NCBI GenBank assembly: GCA_951406725.2
Contig: OX597818.1
Location: 33,232,001 to 33,296,000, forward strand
Length of the DNA: 64,000 bases
Source: Octopus vulgaris
Lineage: Eukaryota
Reading direction: 5' to 3'
The position numbers were made by a program, and so were the translations under genes. Below the pieces are notes generated by a model. It worked only from the letters and a program-made list of their open reading frames with translations, had not been told where the DNA came from and ran no database searches. Position 1 is the stretch's first letter. Every line of letters starts with the position of its first letter. Positions 12,834 to 27,896 of this stretch are shown one piece after another.

Positions 12834-14355
12834 GCGGTTAACAAAGCAGCAGAGAGAAAGTTCAACAGGAATGTCTATCCTCGGATGTGTAATAACACAT
12901 TTATAAGTACTGTTCTTTGACATTTTTGAACCGAGCACAATAAAATTAGGTAGGATTAATTGTAAAATGCACGACAATTAAAAATGTTTCGGAAATGTTT
13001 CACTGTGTTGTCAATAAAACAATATAAGCAGCTGACTGTCCCAATTACTTATTGACAAACAATACAGAGGCGCTTTTTTTCAGAGAGTAAGCTGTAGAAA
13101 CGAAACTTGACGTGATAGAAGAAAACTGATTGTAGTTTTCAAATTAGCATGACAATTTTAGTCTAAATCAAGTGAAAAAGCAAACTGAACAGACACTATG
13201 TTCCAAATAGTTCTTCTGTGTAATCAGTTCATTATTTATAGTTGAAATCATGTACTTCGCTTGCGCTGCTTTTAATGCTTGGGCGAAGATGCAGAGTAAA
13301 ATGTTTCATACTGCATGAAAGAAACCTCTGTTTAAAATATGAAAGCTTAAATGAATATTCGACGTCAATAATGGTGAACGTTTAACTGTTGGACATATGC
13401 TCTTCATTTCTCTTTTAACACCAAATTTTCTACACACCGAAAACTGTCTACATAGAATCATTTCAAATGTTAATTTCACTCTGACCCTTTCCTGATGGAT
13501 GTCCATATACAGAATTATTGGATTTACGTACGAATCCCCTCCGACGCAAACGTTTCACTCTTCATTATTTCTTAATTTTCTTGTGTTTTATTCGGAAACG
13601 AAATATTACAAGATTTATCTCAAGAAATGAAAGAATACAAATCTTAACGGGAAATACATAAAGATGGTTTCATGAGATGCGTGGGTTTCTACAGGTCTGT
13701 TAAGAGAACTTGAAATCAGTAAATTTGGCAAGCGAGAAACTTTAATTATATGCTACCACAGCTTTCAGTTAAAGTATCAATTCACAACTGGAAGAGAATT
13801 GCATGAAATGAGTGTTATACACCAAGTGGAAGATACCATGTAAAACAAAGAGAAAACATCTGAATTGAAAGAGAATCTAAATTAAATAGTACTAAAAACA
13901 CTCATCTTCCTATGTGTGCATTTATTGGCACACTGCAGGGGAAATATAATTTCGGGTTTCCCGATTGATAATTCGGCTGAATTAATCTTTTCTAATTTAA
14001 GGAAAAACGCACACGCACTTCTTAATACAAAAGGGTTAGTTCCGAAACGTTAAATTCCTTTTCGACTCTAGCTTCCAAACTTACAGAACCCCAGAAACTG
14101 CATTTTATGTTTCTTTTACTAAGTCGGACCACCAAAGGATAATTGTGGCTGTTTTCAGCTGGCAAATATACTATTACTGACAATCAATCATATAGCTAGT
14201 AATATCAGTAGTAGTAGTAGTATTAGTAGTAGTAGTAGTAGTAGGAAACTTGAACAATTAAAGAAGAAGAAGAAATTGACAATAATAACAATTTAATTCA
14301 ATTCCTGTAGCAAACTATTGTATATCTAAATAACTTAGGCAATATACATTTTACC

Positions 14356-14442
<87 letters not shown>

Positions 14443-14470
14443 ATATATATATATATGTATATGTATATAT

Positions 14471-14546
<76 letters not shown>

Positions 14547-15263
14547 ATTTGTGGATATGGGTCCTTGTGCATGTGTGCATGTATATGTGTATGTACGTAT
14601 GTACGTGTGTATTATACTCACACACACACATACACACACACACATACATACATACATATATATATATATACATACGCATGTGTGTATGGATGTAAGTTAA
14701 AACGCAAAACATTAGAGTTGTTTTAGCTATTTTTTCATATCATTTGCATATATTTGAATATCTGTATTTTACTTTTGTACAAATATATATGTACAAATAT
14801 TTGACCATCCATATATCTTATTCTCCTATTTGAAATTCTCGTTGTTTACATACACATTTTCATTTTTTTGTTCTCTTACATATCTCATTCTTCTCACCAA
14901 CTGTTTGTTCTTTACCGTTTTCCCCATACGTTTTAAAAATATTTTGAATTTTTTTCGTTTTGTCCATTTTCTTTGTACCTCTTAAATTCATTTTATATCG
15001 TTTTTCTGTCATTATTTTAATCTTAACGGTTTTTTTTTTGTAGTGTTTTCCATTTTCCCCCTTTTTGCAAAATAATATGCGTGTTTGTGTTTGCGTGTGT
15101 GTTTGTGTGTGTGTGTGTGTGTGCGCGTGTGCGTATGTGTTCTTATTACCCTTGTTACATCATGTTTACACACATGTTTAAACCCATTAACAGGCTTAAA
15201 CAGATACAACAACAGGTACAGACATAAATCTGTATACTTCTATTTTAATATGTGTGTGTGTGT

Positions 15264-15512
15264 GGAGGGGCGTGGCTTAGTGGTTAGGGTGTCAGCATCA
15301 TGATTGTACGATTGTGGTTTCGATTCCTTGACCGGGCGACGCGTTGTGTTCTTGAGCAAAACACTTCATTTCACGTTGTTCCAGTCCACTCAGCTGGCAA
15401 AAATGAATAACGCTGAGATGGTCTGACGTCCCATCCAGCTGAGGAACACATACGCCATAGAAACCGGGAATGCGGGCCCATGAGCCTGGCTAGGCTTTAA
15501 AGGGCATATTTA
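15264..15512 (+). mobile_element. SINE family C (tRNA-like head)
   Basis: A box TGGCTTAGTGG, B-box-like GTTTCGATTCC, core TTGAGCAAAACACTT..CCAGTCCACTCAGCTG; near-identical inverted copy at 57786-58017. Confidence 0.85.
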
Positions 15513-15520
15513 TTATTTAT

Positions 15521-15589
<69 letters not shown>

Positions 15590-16857
15590 GACGTGTTAAG
15601 AAATAATTAAGATTCAGTTGAATTAGGTACTTAAGTTGAGGCACCAACTTATTTTCCGCACAGCCCGAAGAAGGTGAATGAAAGGCAAATAAGTAACAAG
15701 GATGTCCAGCATGTATGCATGTGTATGCATGTATGTATGTGTGTGTGTGTGCATGTACGTTTTTGTGTGTCTGTGTGTATGTCTCCTTGTATGTATGTAT
15801 GCATGTATGTATATACGTATACACCTGTAATTTGAAAGGGCTAGCTTTTTCACTCTCTGTGTCATGCTGAATCTCCTTGAGAACTACGTTAAGAGTGCAC
15901 GTGTCTGTGGAGTGCTCAGCCACTTTCACGTTAATCTCTCGAGCAGGCTTATCTGTTGATCGTATCAACTGGAACTATCGTCGTCGTAAGCGACGGAGAG
16001 CCAGTGATACTTAAGCATATTCACTTTCCCAGATTTTTTTTATTCCTAATGTATATTATATCATTTTCAGAATAATTATTTCCCAAATAATTTTGTAACT
16101 TTTACTTAAAATCTCTTTTCTATTTTGTTTGCCTTACAACATTCGCCTATAATTTTACTTATTTAGTATCGCCTATTATATACATTTGACTATTTTATTT
16201 TTCTATTGTTTAACTTATTTCAACATCCTCTCTCTCTCTTTCTCTCTCTCTCTTTCTCTCTCTCTCTCTCCCTTTCTCTCGCTCTCTTCATCATCAACGT
16301 TTACTTAGCTCATCCAACAGCAAAATATTCCATGTATTTAATTAACTCAACTAAATCATGAATTGCTCGTTCTGCCAATGTTTTTATGTGTCTGACCAGT
16401 GATTTATGAGAATAAAATTGATTCCACGTAATCTACTTATTTCTATTTTGTATGTCTTCTTTGTTTAAATAAATAAATATTTGACGAAAGAAATATGGTA
16501 CCAACTTGATTAGTCATGTTACACAATCACATTGACTACTGCAATTAAATATAACTAAAACTAATCAGGATTGTCGATGGATAGCATTGCTGCAGAGGAA
16601 ATGCTTTGGGGCATTTTGATACGACGTTTTACGTTGTGATTTCAAATCTTGGTCCTCTTAAGACTTTAACATTTGCTGGGTCAATAAAGAAATTACTGGT
16701 TCAATGATGGGTCGATCTGTATTTTCCTGCCTCAAAATGCGTGTTTTTGCAGCTATATTAGAAAACGTTCTTCAAACTTTGTAATTTGATAAGGTGTGGT
16801 ATCGCACTAGTATTAGAAATTGGTGGTAAACCTTATCAATGTATTTTGATATAGAAA

Positions 16858-17305
16858 AGCGGTGAGCTAGCAGAATCGATATCACGCCGGACAAAATGCC
16901 TAGCGGTATTTCTAAGGCGAGCTGGCAGAAACGTTAACACGCCGGGCGAGATGCTTAGCGGTATTTCGTCTGCCGTTACGTTCTGAGTTCAAATTCCGCC
17001 GAGGTCGACTTTGCCTTTCATCCTTTCGGGGTCGATTAAATAAATACCGGTTACGCACTGGCATCGATATAATCGACTTAATCTGTTTGTCTGTCCTTGT
17101 TTGTCCTCTCTGTGTTTAGCTCCTTGTGGGTAGTAAAGAAATAGGTATTTCTTCCGTCATTACGTTCAGAGTTCAAATTCGACTTCGGCTTTAATCCTTT
17201 CGGTGTCGATATAATAAATACTTGATGAGCACTAGGATTGATATAATCGACTTATCCCCCCCTCCCCCCAAAAAATTGCTGGCCTCGTGTCAAAATCTGA
17301 AGCCA
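16858..17305 (+). mobile_element. SINE family A nested inside an older family A copy
   Basis: Two heads (16860, 16915); GGTATTTCT flanks the inner copy (16905-16913 and 17143-17151). Confidence 0.8.
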
Positions 17306-17676
17306 TTATGTTTTGATATTTATATTCACAAGACTTCATATAAGTGTTAAAGGACAGCATTGATTAAAATAAACTCAAGTAAAAAACTGGGAGCACTGTA
17401 TTTTTTCAGTCCGAAAAGATTAAATGCAAAGCAAATTCTTTCATCTACTGTAGAGCATTAGATTATGTAATACCAACACGCTTATAGTGACTATATTTTT
17501 TGTACCTGACTGCATCCTAACCAATTGATTTCGGATTCCGCTTCAGTTGCACGGCTTGGAAGCCTGAGTAAGCGTTTCCTGTCATAGCTGAAGAACGACC
17601 GTGAGTGGATTTGATTTCGTAGATAAAAGTTGAAAGAAGCTCATCCAATATATGCTTACATACATACCTACATATA

Positions 17677-17714
<38 letters not shown>

Positions 17715-17717
17715 CTA

Positions 17718-17923
17718 TCTTTACTCTTTTACTAGTTTCAGTCACTTGACTGCGGCCATGCTGGAGCACCGCCTTTAGTCGAAGAAATCGACCCCAGGAC
17801 TTAGTCTTTGTAAGCCTAGTACTTATTCTATCGGTCTCTTTTGCCGAACCACTAATTGACGGGGGCGTAAACACACCAGCATCGGTTGTCAAGCGATGTT
17901 GGGGGAGAAACAACGACACACAA

Positions 17924-18002
<79 letters not shown>

Positions 18003-18173
18003 CGTATATACGACAGACTTCTTTCAGCTTCCATCTACCAAGTCCTCTCACAAGGCTTTGGTCGGCCCGGGGCTATAGTAGCAGACACTTGCCCAAGGTG
18101 CCACGCAGTGGGACTGAACCCGGAACCATGTGGTTGGTAAGCAAGTTACTTACCATACAGCCACTCCTGCGCC
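17718..18173 (-). mobile_element. SINE family B, full length
   Basis: Same organisation with an expanded internal (CA)n. Confidence 0.85.
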
Positions 18174-18182
18174 TATATACAT

Positions 18183-18560
18183 AACTGTGAGGTACTGACA
18201 GAATATTGCATATCAGGTATTGAAACCATCCTCATCAAAATGCAACTTAGATGGTCAGGTCATCCAAACGTATGAGTGATATCAGAATTACGAAGCACCT
18301 ACTCTTTGGCCAATTCCCAACACATAGGTCAGTTGGAAGCTCACTCTTGAGCTACAAAGACAAACTAAAAGACAATCTGAAGCGATGCAACATTCTCTTT
18401 TCTTCCTGGGAAAGCAAAGCGTTAGAACGCAGGACCTGGTGCTAGTCCTGCTTCGCCTCAGTTCAAAGATTTGAGTGAAATCGACTCCAGCATCGGAACT
18501 AACTTCATGGCGCTATGAAGGTACGCTGGCAAAACGCTTCTCTTCTAAATGGAAACCTTA
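18183..18560 (+). mobile_element. RTE-clade LINE 3' fragment
   Basis: EVLTEYCISGIETILIKMQLRWSGH / RMSDIRITKHLLFGQFPTHRSVGSSLLSYKDKLKDNLKRCNI..WESKALERRTW matches the RTE ORF C-terminal pattern (LRWxGH..RM..YKD.LK..WE..A..R..W). Confidence 0.8.
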
Positions 18561-18577
18561 CCTGTCACTGTATGTTT

Positions 18578-18624
<47 letters not shown>

Positions 18625-18848
18625 ACGCATATATATATATATACATACATACTTACATACTTACATATAAGAGAACAAGATGTACGTACGCTGCTATATA
18701 TATATATATATATAATATATAAATATATATAAAAATACAAAATGGGACAAGAACGCAAAACTCTCAAATAGACGATACAAAAAACACGGACGGGTCATTC
18801 AAAGCCTCTAATCTTCAGTCAAGAACCGGATCATCCTCACAATTTCGG

Positions 18849-18951
<103 letters not shown>

Positions 18952-21900
18952 TTCCTTTTTAAAGATGGCGGCAGATGATATGATACAGATTTATCTACCT
19001 ATTTCTAGCAATTAGTGCAACCACACACATGTCCCCTATAATGCCTTTTACACTCTGCTATGATATCCCGCAGTCATTCCCAACATTTGAATGAGAAAAT
19101 AACCAATAATATTCTGGAAAGTAAATCGATCAAAACAGTCCTCCCCTTTACGCCAGTGGCTTTACGAGCCAACATGTAAAATTCTACGCGATCGAATATA
19201 TCAACCGAATATAGCTCAGTTTAAAACTTAACTGCCTTAAATAAGAAAGGATATATTCCACATTATAGTCCCTGATAATGAACACGTATACATGGGAAAG
19301 AATGAAGTTCTTTTGTATTATATGTCTGTTTGATTAGAGTTGATCTGGAGCTAAACAAGTCTAACTATATTGGGACAGCTAGTACATGATATACAGTTCT
19401 ATTAAAAGGTGTGTCTCTCAGCCATGCCTTCCTCTTGTGTGTTGTTTGTTGTTCCTCTATTCGTGTTAATCTCTATCAATCTCGTAGCTTGAACTAAAAT
19501 GTTCCGTTGCTAAGTAGTAACGCCCAGAAGTCACCTGCTTTGCTTTGTATATATTTATATAGCACAAAATCGTTGTAATATGGAATACAATAGCGTGCTA
19601 AAATAATTACTTTCTACAATAGAAAGATACTAAATATCCACTCACAAGAACAACAAAATATAAAGAATCATACTGTCTCCTTGATAACTAATACGCCTTT
19701 ATGGCTTCCTGATAAGTCATAGTCTAAATAGGAAAAATTATGTAATGTAAACATTAAATGATAAAAGAAATTGTTTATGGTAATGTTTAATATATGTCAT
19801 TAAATATCATACATGAAATATAATAAGCGTAATAGCTGATTTTATTTTTTTTTAACCAGTATCATTTAGTCCTATACGTACGTTGATATATGTGACATTA
19901 TAAATCATATATCTAATATAAGAGACAAATTTCGCTTGACTTCTGATATCTTATGTATCATATATCTTCTATTTATACTACCAAGTTGATTACTAATGCC
20001 ATTTATCAGCCAATGGTAATTAGATAATTATAGAGATAAAAAACGAGATCCTGATAACTAACACCATGCATTAAGGATTAAAGAGCATCTACAATTATAC
20101 TGTTAAACATATCGCTTCTGTAACATTAAGAACCTAACAAGTTTTCAAGCCCTGAATACTGCTGAAATGAAATATTCGGTTGATCTAAGAGATTATAAAA
20201 CATTCGCTTTTTACATTTTTATCAGGTTGCATATCAATGGACGTCAAATATATTAAGGAACCTGATGTAGTAGCTCACTCGGTATTATATTTTGTTATTT
20301 CATTATTAAAATTTATATTTGACAGAGAGACATTTTCACTCACCAAGTTTTGTAATGTAATTGGCAATAATTTAGTATGTTGCTTACTTACCACAATTTA
20401 ACTGATACCACATAACTGGGAGGAGATAAATCTAAAATATCACTTAGCAAGTCAGTTGTTGTTTCCATGACTTAACTATATTATCCATGCCTTTCTTTGA
20501 CACGGGTTGTTTTACAGCTTCTGTTAAATATTAACTAAAGAATTAATTGATATTATGGCCAATGTTTACACCAAATTCATATTCCTTAACATGTTCCCTC
20601 GGCATTGTTCCACGCTGTTATACTTTATAAGACTTAACCTTCTCGAGAGTAACCTCCAGTTATTACAAATATGATAAATTATGCAATATAACAAATATGC
20701 AGAAAATGATGTCATTGTTTACCCACATTAACAATGTCCCCGAGAGCAAGAAATCTCTTTATTTGTTCTAAACATATCAAGCTCATAGCCTGGACAAAAA
20801 TGCTCCAATACAAAGCAGTAACTCTTATAGCATTATATTTTTCACCTTTTATTAAACCTAGCACCTCTACTACTTTATAAAAGTTCTTTGATAGTAAGAT
20901 ACAAGAAAAGATGTGTGCACTTCTAACCAGACGGTCTAATTTAATGTAGCATCGAATATAATTCTGTAATTCCTATTGTTAATTCGTGCATCCTGTACAC
21001 TGCTTGCAAAAGATCTGCGTTTGCTTAATGGTAATAGAAATATTACTCAGGTACTGATATGTTTAAAAATATTTTAACAATGAATCTATCTGGCAATATT
21101 TAGAACAAAAATGAGACATCCTCAAAGAATTGAACAAAACAATATACATGCTGGAGCTATTTCGCGAAATATAACCAATATATCATATTGTTATATATAA
21201 CCAATCAATATTATTGATTGTGTTTACCTTGCAACTAATAATCTAGTTAAAACGATCAACTCACTGCTGGCTGAGTCAAGTCTTGATTGGTAGAAATTCA
21301 TTTCTTATTGGTATATAATCCTAAGTAATAACATCAGAATCATTTTCTCTTCAGGTTAAACTCGGTTACTTTAAATATTGCTACAGTTAAGTAAAATACG
21401 TGCCTTAGATAATAACTTATCTTCAAGAAAGAAATGTTAGTCCTTGGAATTTATGCTTCTTCTAGAAAGTACGTTGAAGAATTATTAATAAATTTGTGAC
21501 ATAAATTCACTTTAAAACTTTCGATTAACTCGAAATTCTACTGCAAAAAAAAATTTAATAACCTAAAGTAACGAGGAAAGAGAAAGACAGTAGCAGAGAG
21601 AGCAGAAGAGAAAGTTAGAAAATGGTAAGTCAAAGAGACGGAAGAAAAAAGGGAGTTAGAAAATATTTTGTAATGGGAATGTCTATATTCGGTGGACGGA
21701 TACAGCGTAAATGCTAACCTCAAGTCAACATACAAAATACAGTCATTATTTGCATCATACATTGGCTTGGCTTCTCCTTGCTCTCAAGAAACCTTGATTG
21801 CAGATATATAATATATATCTTTAGTTTGCTTTTGATTTATTAAGCTACAATAGACTACTGGAACCATTCCACTTTGTGTTACATACCAACACAAAGCTGG

Positions 21901-22544
21901 GTAAAATCGAACTCGGACATGATACGATATTTATTATAGTGAGAATCATCCAACGACTTTTAAAACGTAAATCCGGTTGCTTAACAAATTAATTCATGTT
22001 CTTCTTATAGGCGCTCACTAATAAGATTGCGCTGAATTACTTCCTGGTTTCGAGCAGATTTTAAGTAAATCAAGCACATTATTCATTAAAATGGAAATTT
22101 ACGATAGTTTCCGTAAGGGCAACACAGCTATGTTGTTAAAATTGCATATTTGTTATAATTACTATGAGCCTGTAGCAAACATGACATAATATATGCGTTA
22201 TCCAGGAGGAAAATTTATTTATGAAGAATAGACAAATTAATGTACTTTTGGTACACTATATTCAAAATACATATGCATTGGGATGCATATCTATATAGGC
22301 ATAACAATAATGTAAATAGAATCTGAAAACAGAAAATATGTTGTATGATATCATCTGAAATGATAACACTTCTTTCAAAAATGACATTATAGTGGATTTA
22401 CATTTATTTTATAGAGACTTCTAGAAATCTAACTGGAGAGTTAAATAGGTGAGACATGAATGTGACAAAATCCACGTCCCTTCAATATTTGCTTTTGTGT
22501 ATCTGATATGTTGAAAATGATATTTTGGATATATTAATCTGATT

Positions 22545-22765
22545 CTTTAACTCTTTAACTCTTTAATCTTGTTTCAGTCATTTGACTGTGGCCATGCTGG
22601 AGCACCGACTTTAGTTGAGCATATCGATTTTAGGACTTATTCTTTGAATACTTACTTCTTATTCTATCAGTCTCTTTTGCTGAACCGCTAAGTTACGGGG
22701 TCGTAAACACACCAGCATCTCTTTTCAAGCGATATTGGGGATAAAGACAGACACACAAAGATATA

Positions 22766-22838
<73 letters not shown>

Positions 22839-22925
22839 GACGGGCTTCTTTCAGTTTCCGTCTACCAAATCCACTCACAAGGCTTTGGTTGGTCCGAAGC
22901 TAGAGTAGAAGGCACTTTCCCAAGT
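22545..22925 (-). mobile_element. SINE family B, 5'-truncated
   Basis: Tail, internal microsatellite and part of the core. Confidence 0.8.
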
Positions 22926-24011
22926 GGATGGATGATCGGATGGATGGATGAATGGATGGACAGATGGATGGATGGATGGATGGATGGATGTATGTATGTA
23001 TATTTGTATGTATGTATAACTACATCTATGTATTTGTGTACGCGCTCATGTGAGCATGTATTTGTATAAGTATATGAATTTAGTACGTAAAGGTGTGCGT
23101 ATTATATATCTATATGCAGACAAGCTACATATATACATGCGTATATCAATACACAATATATATACGTGTGTGTACGCGTGTATCTATCTAGCTAGCTAGC
23201 TCCATGCATACATACATTCATGTATGTTTGTTCTTATGTATCTATGATTATGAGTGTGTATGTGTGTGTGTGCCACTGAATTTTGAGAGAGGCCGTGAGA
23301 GATAGAGAGAGACAAGGAGAAAAAGAGAGAGAGAGAAATAGCACATAAACTATTACGTCCTGTAGCAGAGACTAATTATGAATATTCCAGAAAGTTCTTT
23401 CAGTGACATGTTGATATATTGGTATATTTGGTTAAACAGTGAAATCTCTAGGACAATATGGCACCTGCCACAAAGCATTTCTACACATAAACTATGTTTT
23501 CATTGCGTTGTTCTTTGTTATCTAGATGACTTTGACATCTAACCTAAACTCTGTTAATTACCGCTCAGCTTATATTCGTAAACACAGCAAAATGTTATTT
23601 TATGACAATAACAGAGCATAATCATATTATGTAAGTAGACATCCTAAAATTTATATATGATGTTATTGTTTAGTTAGAAGTCAGTCATGATCGAGTTGAG
23701 TTATCATAAGAAACATTTAAGCTGCGACAGTACTGTATCTTTTCCTAAGGAAGAGAAACCTAGGCCACCTTAGGCAAAAATGTCCTTGCTTAGTGTACAG
23801 TGATTTTTGGATTTGACTGTTACTTCGAGCAGTGCATGGGACCACGTTGCGTATATGTTTTCACGTCGGTTCTTTAAGATTGTATATCATAGCAAAGTAT
23901 GCATAGGCTATGTCTTAGCATGACCACAGTCAGAGACTGAAACCAATGAAGGGGTGTAGAAAGATCTTAATTGAGGTGGATAAATTATGAGATAAACTGT
24001 TAGTAGTATAC

Positions 24012-24228
24012 TCTTTAATCTCTTTTAATCTTTTACGTGTTTCAGTCATTTGACTGGCCATGCTGGAGCACCGTCTTTGGTCGAACAAATCGACCCAGGA
24101 CTGATTCTTTATAAGCCTAGTGCTTATTCTATCGGTCTCTTTTGCCGAGCCGCTTTGTTACAGGGACGTAAACACACCAGCATCGGTTGTCAAGTGATGT
24201 TGGGGGAAAAACACAGACACACAAACAT

Positions 24229-24259
<31 letters not shown>

Positions 24260-24430
24260 CATACATACGACGGGCTTCTTTCAGTTTCCGTCTGCCAAAT
24301 CCACTCACAAGGCTTTGGTCGACCCGAGGCTATAGTAGAAGACACTTACCCAAGGTGCCACGCAGTGGGACTGAACCCGGAATCATGCGGTTCGTAAGCA
24401 AGCTACTGACCACACAGCCACTCCTACGCC
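24012..24430 (-). mobile_element. SINE family B, full length
   Basis: Aligns with 17718-18173. Confidence 0.85.
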
Positions 24431-24464
24431 TATGTCCAAAAGTGTTTATAATCATTTCTTTTAA

Positions 24465-25110
24465 AAGCACAAGGCCTGACAATTTGGTGGAAGGAGCTAG
24501 TCGGTTCTCATCTGGGACTTATTTCATTGAGCTCGAAGTATAAATGACAAAGTCGACCTCGGCAGAATTTGAACTCAGAACGTAAGGACGGACGAAATGC
24601 CGCTAAGCATTTTGTCCGACACATTAACGATTCTGCCAGCACGCTACCTTAATCAAACTCGAAATAATGTAATTTAATACATATTAAGAATATGTGCACA
24701 GCACAAAATTTACCAAGAAGTATGGAAATGAAAGAAATATTTATTATTTATTATTTTAGCACGACTAAAACGGCGAGCTGGTAGAAACGTTAGCCCGCCG
24801 AGCGGAATGCTTAGCGGCATTTCGTCTGTCTTTACGTTCTGAGTTCAAATTCCGCCGAGGTCGAATTCTGCCTTTCATCCTTTCGAGGTTGATAAATTAA
24901 GTACCAGTTGCGTACTGGGGTCGATCTAATCGACTAGCTCCCTCCCCCAAAATTTCGGGCCTTGAGCCTAGAGTAGATAAGATTATTTTAGCACGACTTT
25001 AGTGTAAGGAACTTTCTACTAGTTGCGTACTGAAGTCGATCTAATCGACTAGCTCTCTCCCCCAAAATTTTGGGCCTTGTGCCTAAAGTAGAACAGATTA
25101 TTTTAGCACG
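24465..25110. mobile_element. Two divergently oriented family A-related SINEs; 3' part tandemly duplicated
   Basis: Minus copy 24465-24650 and plus copy 24770-24985; AGTTGCGTACTG..GATTATTTTAGCACGACTTTAGT repeated at 24906 and 25021. Confidence 0.75.
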
Positions 25111-27478
25111 ACTTTAGTATATGGAACTCACGCTGATTTTTTTCTTTTTTGTATTTATATAAATTTAAAGATGTATTCAGAAACGTAAGTATGAAGTTCA
25201 GAGCGTTTAAAATGATAGAAGATCTCAATGCATAGAATATATTAAAAAGATTATGCGCTTATAGTGGATTCTATACGTGCTGTCAAGAGATTCTATTGCT
25301 AAGCGATAGAAAATTTTACTACTTCGTAAGCAATAACGTGTCTTAGCTAGAATCTGTTTTTAAACCTACTATCTTCACAACACTTTCTTCCGTTGAAAAG
25401 TCTGAACTTGCAACACGAGCATTGTGCTGTGTGGGAGAATTAAATCCATATAAATTATTAGACTCGCAATTCTCATTGTATTTTACGCGTGTAAAGTTGT
25501 ATGTGTGATTAAACTCATTATTTTATCATTACATTACGCTATTGAGTTTACTATATAGATTACATAAAGATATAGTGAATCTATCAAACTTAAAGTTGTA
25601 GGTTCCACCTTTAGAAATTGAATATGAACACTTATAACTGCGAAATCTCCATCACATCACCATTTACCATACAAACTTAAATAAAGGTAAATGGACAAAG
25701 TAGTTTTAAATATATTGTGTATAAAACAAAAGGCTACACTCTTTTCGGTTAAAACCAAGGGCCGTATTAACAATAGTACAGATCTTCAGGAAAAGGAGTC
25801 ACTCCTAAACCATCCTAGCATATCTAATTAAAAATGCGTCCACTGTCAATCAACCATTGTGCCCATGATTTACTCTAGTTTTGCATAAGCCAGTAAATGA
25901 AGTTTGATCCGAAATTGTATCGAAAACAATACTGCGGGCTAAGGTATGGCTTTGCACTAGGCTGGCGCTAGAAACGGCTTAAAGAGTGTAATTTGTATAA
26001 TCATGAAGCCGTGGCTTTGATTCCAAATCCGTAATCGAAGTCCACGGTATTTATTATAAGTTATAACTATATCTTCATTCTTCAGTGTGAAGTTACTCAT
26101 TCTGTGTGATGTGCTACGATGCAGTCTGCCAACGAGACCAAATTGCTTAAAACTATTGACTTTGCCGAAATCTCCCAGTTTCTACACGTAATCATCACGT
26201 TACTGCACCTTTTATATTTAGTTATATTGATAAATACATAAAGAACTCTTAAGATTCGTGTTCCAACACGAACAGACATACGCAAACATGCACTCATACA
26301 TACCTATATATTTAACAACCTTCCTAACTACCAATCTACCAAACTACCAACCTACAGAGACATATAACACATGCATTTGAATGTCTATATACAAACAGAT
26401 TGGCATGTGTAGGATTTGGGGGTTGAGGTTCGTATGACTGCTAATATGTTTGATAGTGTATGCGTGAAAATGTAGTGCTTTACAGATATAGGGACGTAAA
26501 TTACTTTGTGTCTAAAAGTTAATCAAGGATGTGTCTATAATTTCACTTTAGTCCATTGCATATATCCCTGTAAGTGGATTTGTGTTCATCCGAAGAATAA
26601 TTAGTGAGATGGTACATAAATATGAATATGTAAATGTCAGCATTTAAGCGAGTAAATAGCTGTGGTTGTGCGTGTATGTGTTTCTACGTATTCATATACT
26701 TTTGTGTGTGCGTATTAAAGTACTGTCTGTATTTATTGCAAGTTCTCTTCTTCGGAGCTACATTTAATATCTATAGGTCAAATTGAGTTCGAAGTAGATA
26801 TTATCAGGGAAATAAAATGAAACTGAGAACTTAATGCACGCTTGTCAACTTGATACTGTTATATCTAGGATTATAACTAATAATATTCTACCCATGCTGT
26901 AAAAATCTGACAGTTATTTCAACTTCGAATCCTTATAGTTGGTTTCAATTACAGCTTCTTTGGATGCATTTCATTAGAGATGTAAATGATGAACCTTTAC
27001 TGCTTTTCGTTCTCATTTCGATTATTTAATATTTGCTTTCGTTCCATCAAAATGGAATGCTAATATATGCTGCTGTTTTCTTTTTCGTTTCTAAATTAAT
27101 AATACTTAATTCATTACAAAACATTCGAGACAGAATTTTACCTTCCCTCATACATAACTTTCTAATGTCTAGTTTCCTTCTGCGGGATATTTACCTATGA
27201 GTAATCTTGGCGCATTATAGTATTAAATTTCATCCCCGTGTAATCTCGTTACTAGTTAATACCTCTAGAAATTTCCATAAATAAACGATCAGCACCTGAG
27301 TACAATATTTAATACCAGTGAAGTAGTCTATCTACTCTGTACAAGACAACCAGAAAAAGATCATGTCAAATAACGTTGGCATCTGAGATGTTTTTGAAAA
27401 CTAACTGTGAACTTACAACACGAAATGAAAAGCAACAATCTTCCCTAGCATTATGATATATCCATTTTCTTTTACTTG

Positions 27479-27827
27479 AAAAAATATATAACATTTTCTA
27501 CTTAATAACATTTTTTTAAATACAGTGTTATTAGATTACATTTAATTTTATGTTGTTTCAATTATAAAAAAATATTTCCTCGCCTTCATGTTAGACCAAC
27601 AACCACTGAATGCAATGAATGGCTGCCTTTTCACTGCAGCCATCCTGGGGTATCATCTTGATGGGTTTGGTAGTTGAGATCCACCCAAAGCATTTAGCTT
27701 TTAACATCTTGTACTTAGTCTATTGTGTCTCTTTATCGAACCACTAATTTACAGGGACATAAACTAACCAATACTGATCGTAAAGCGGTGAAAGACAAAA
27801 AGGCAAATACACCCGCGCACGAACACA

Positions 27828-27896
<69 letters not shown>

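Noticed and set aside
15264-15335. tRNA gene (also the heads of other SINEs)
   Set aside because: A and B boxes are present, but there is no full cloverleaf and the sequence runs on into a SINE body.
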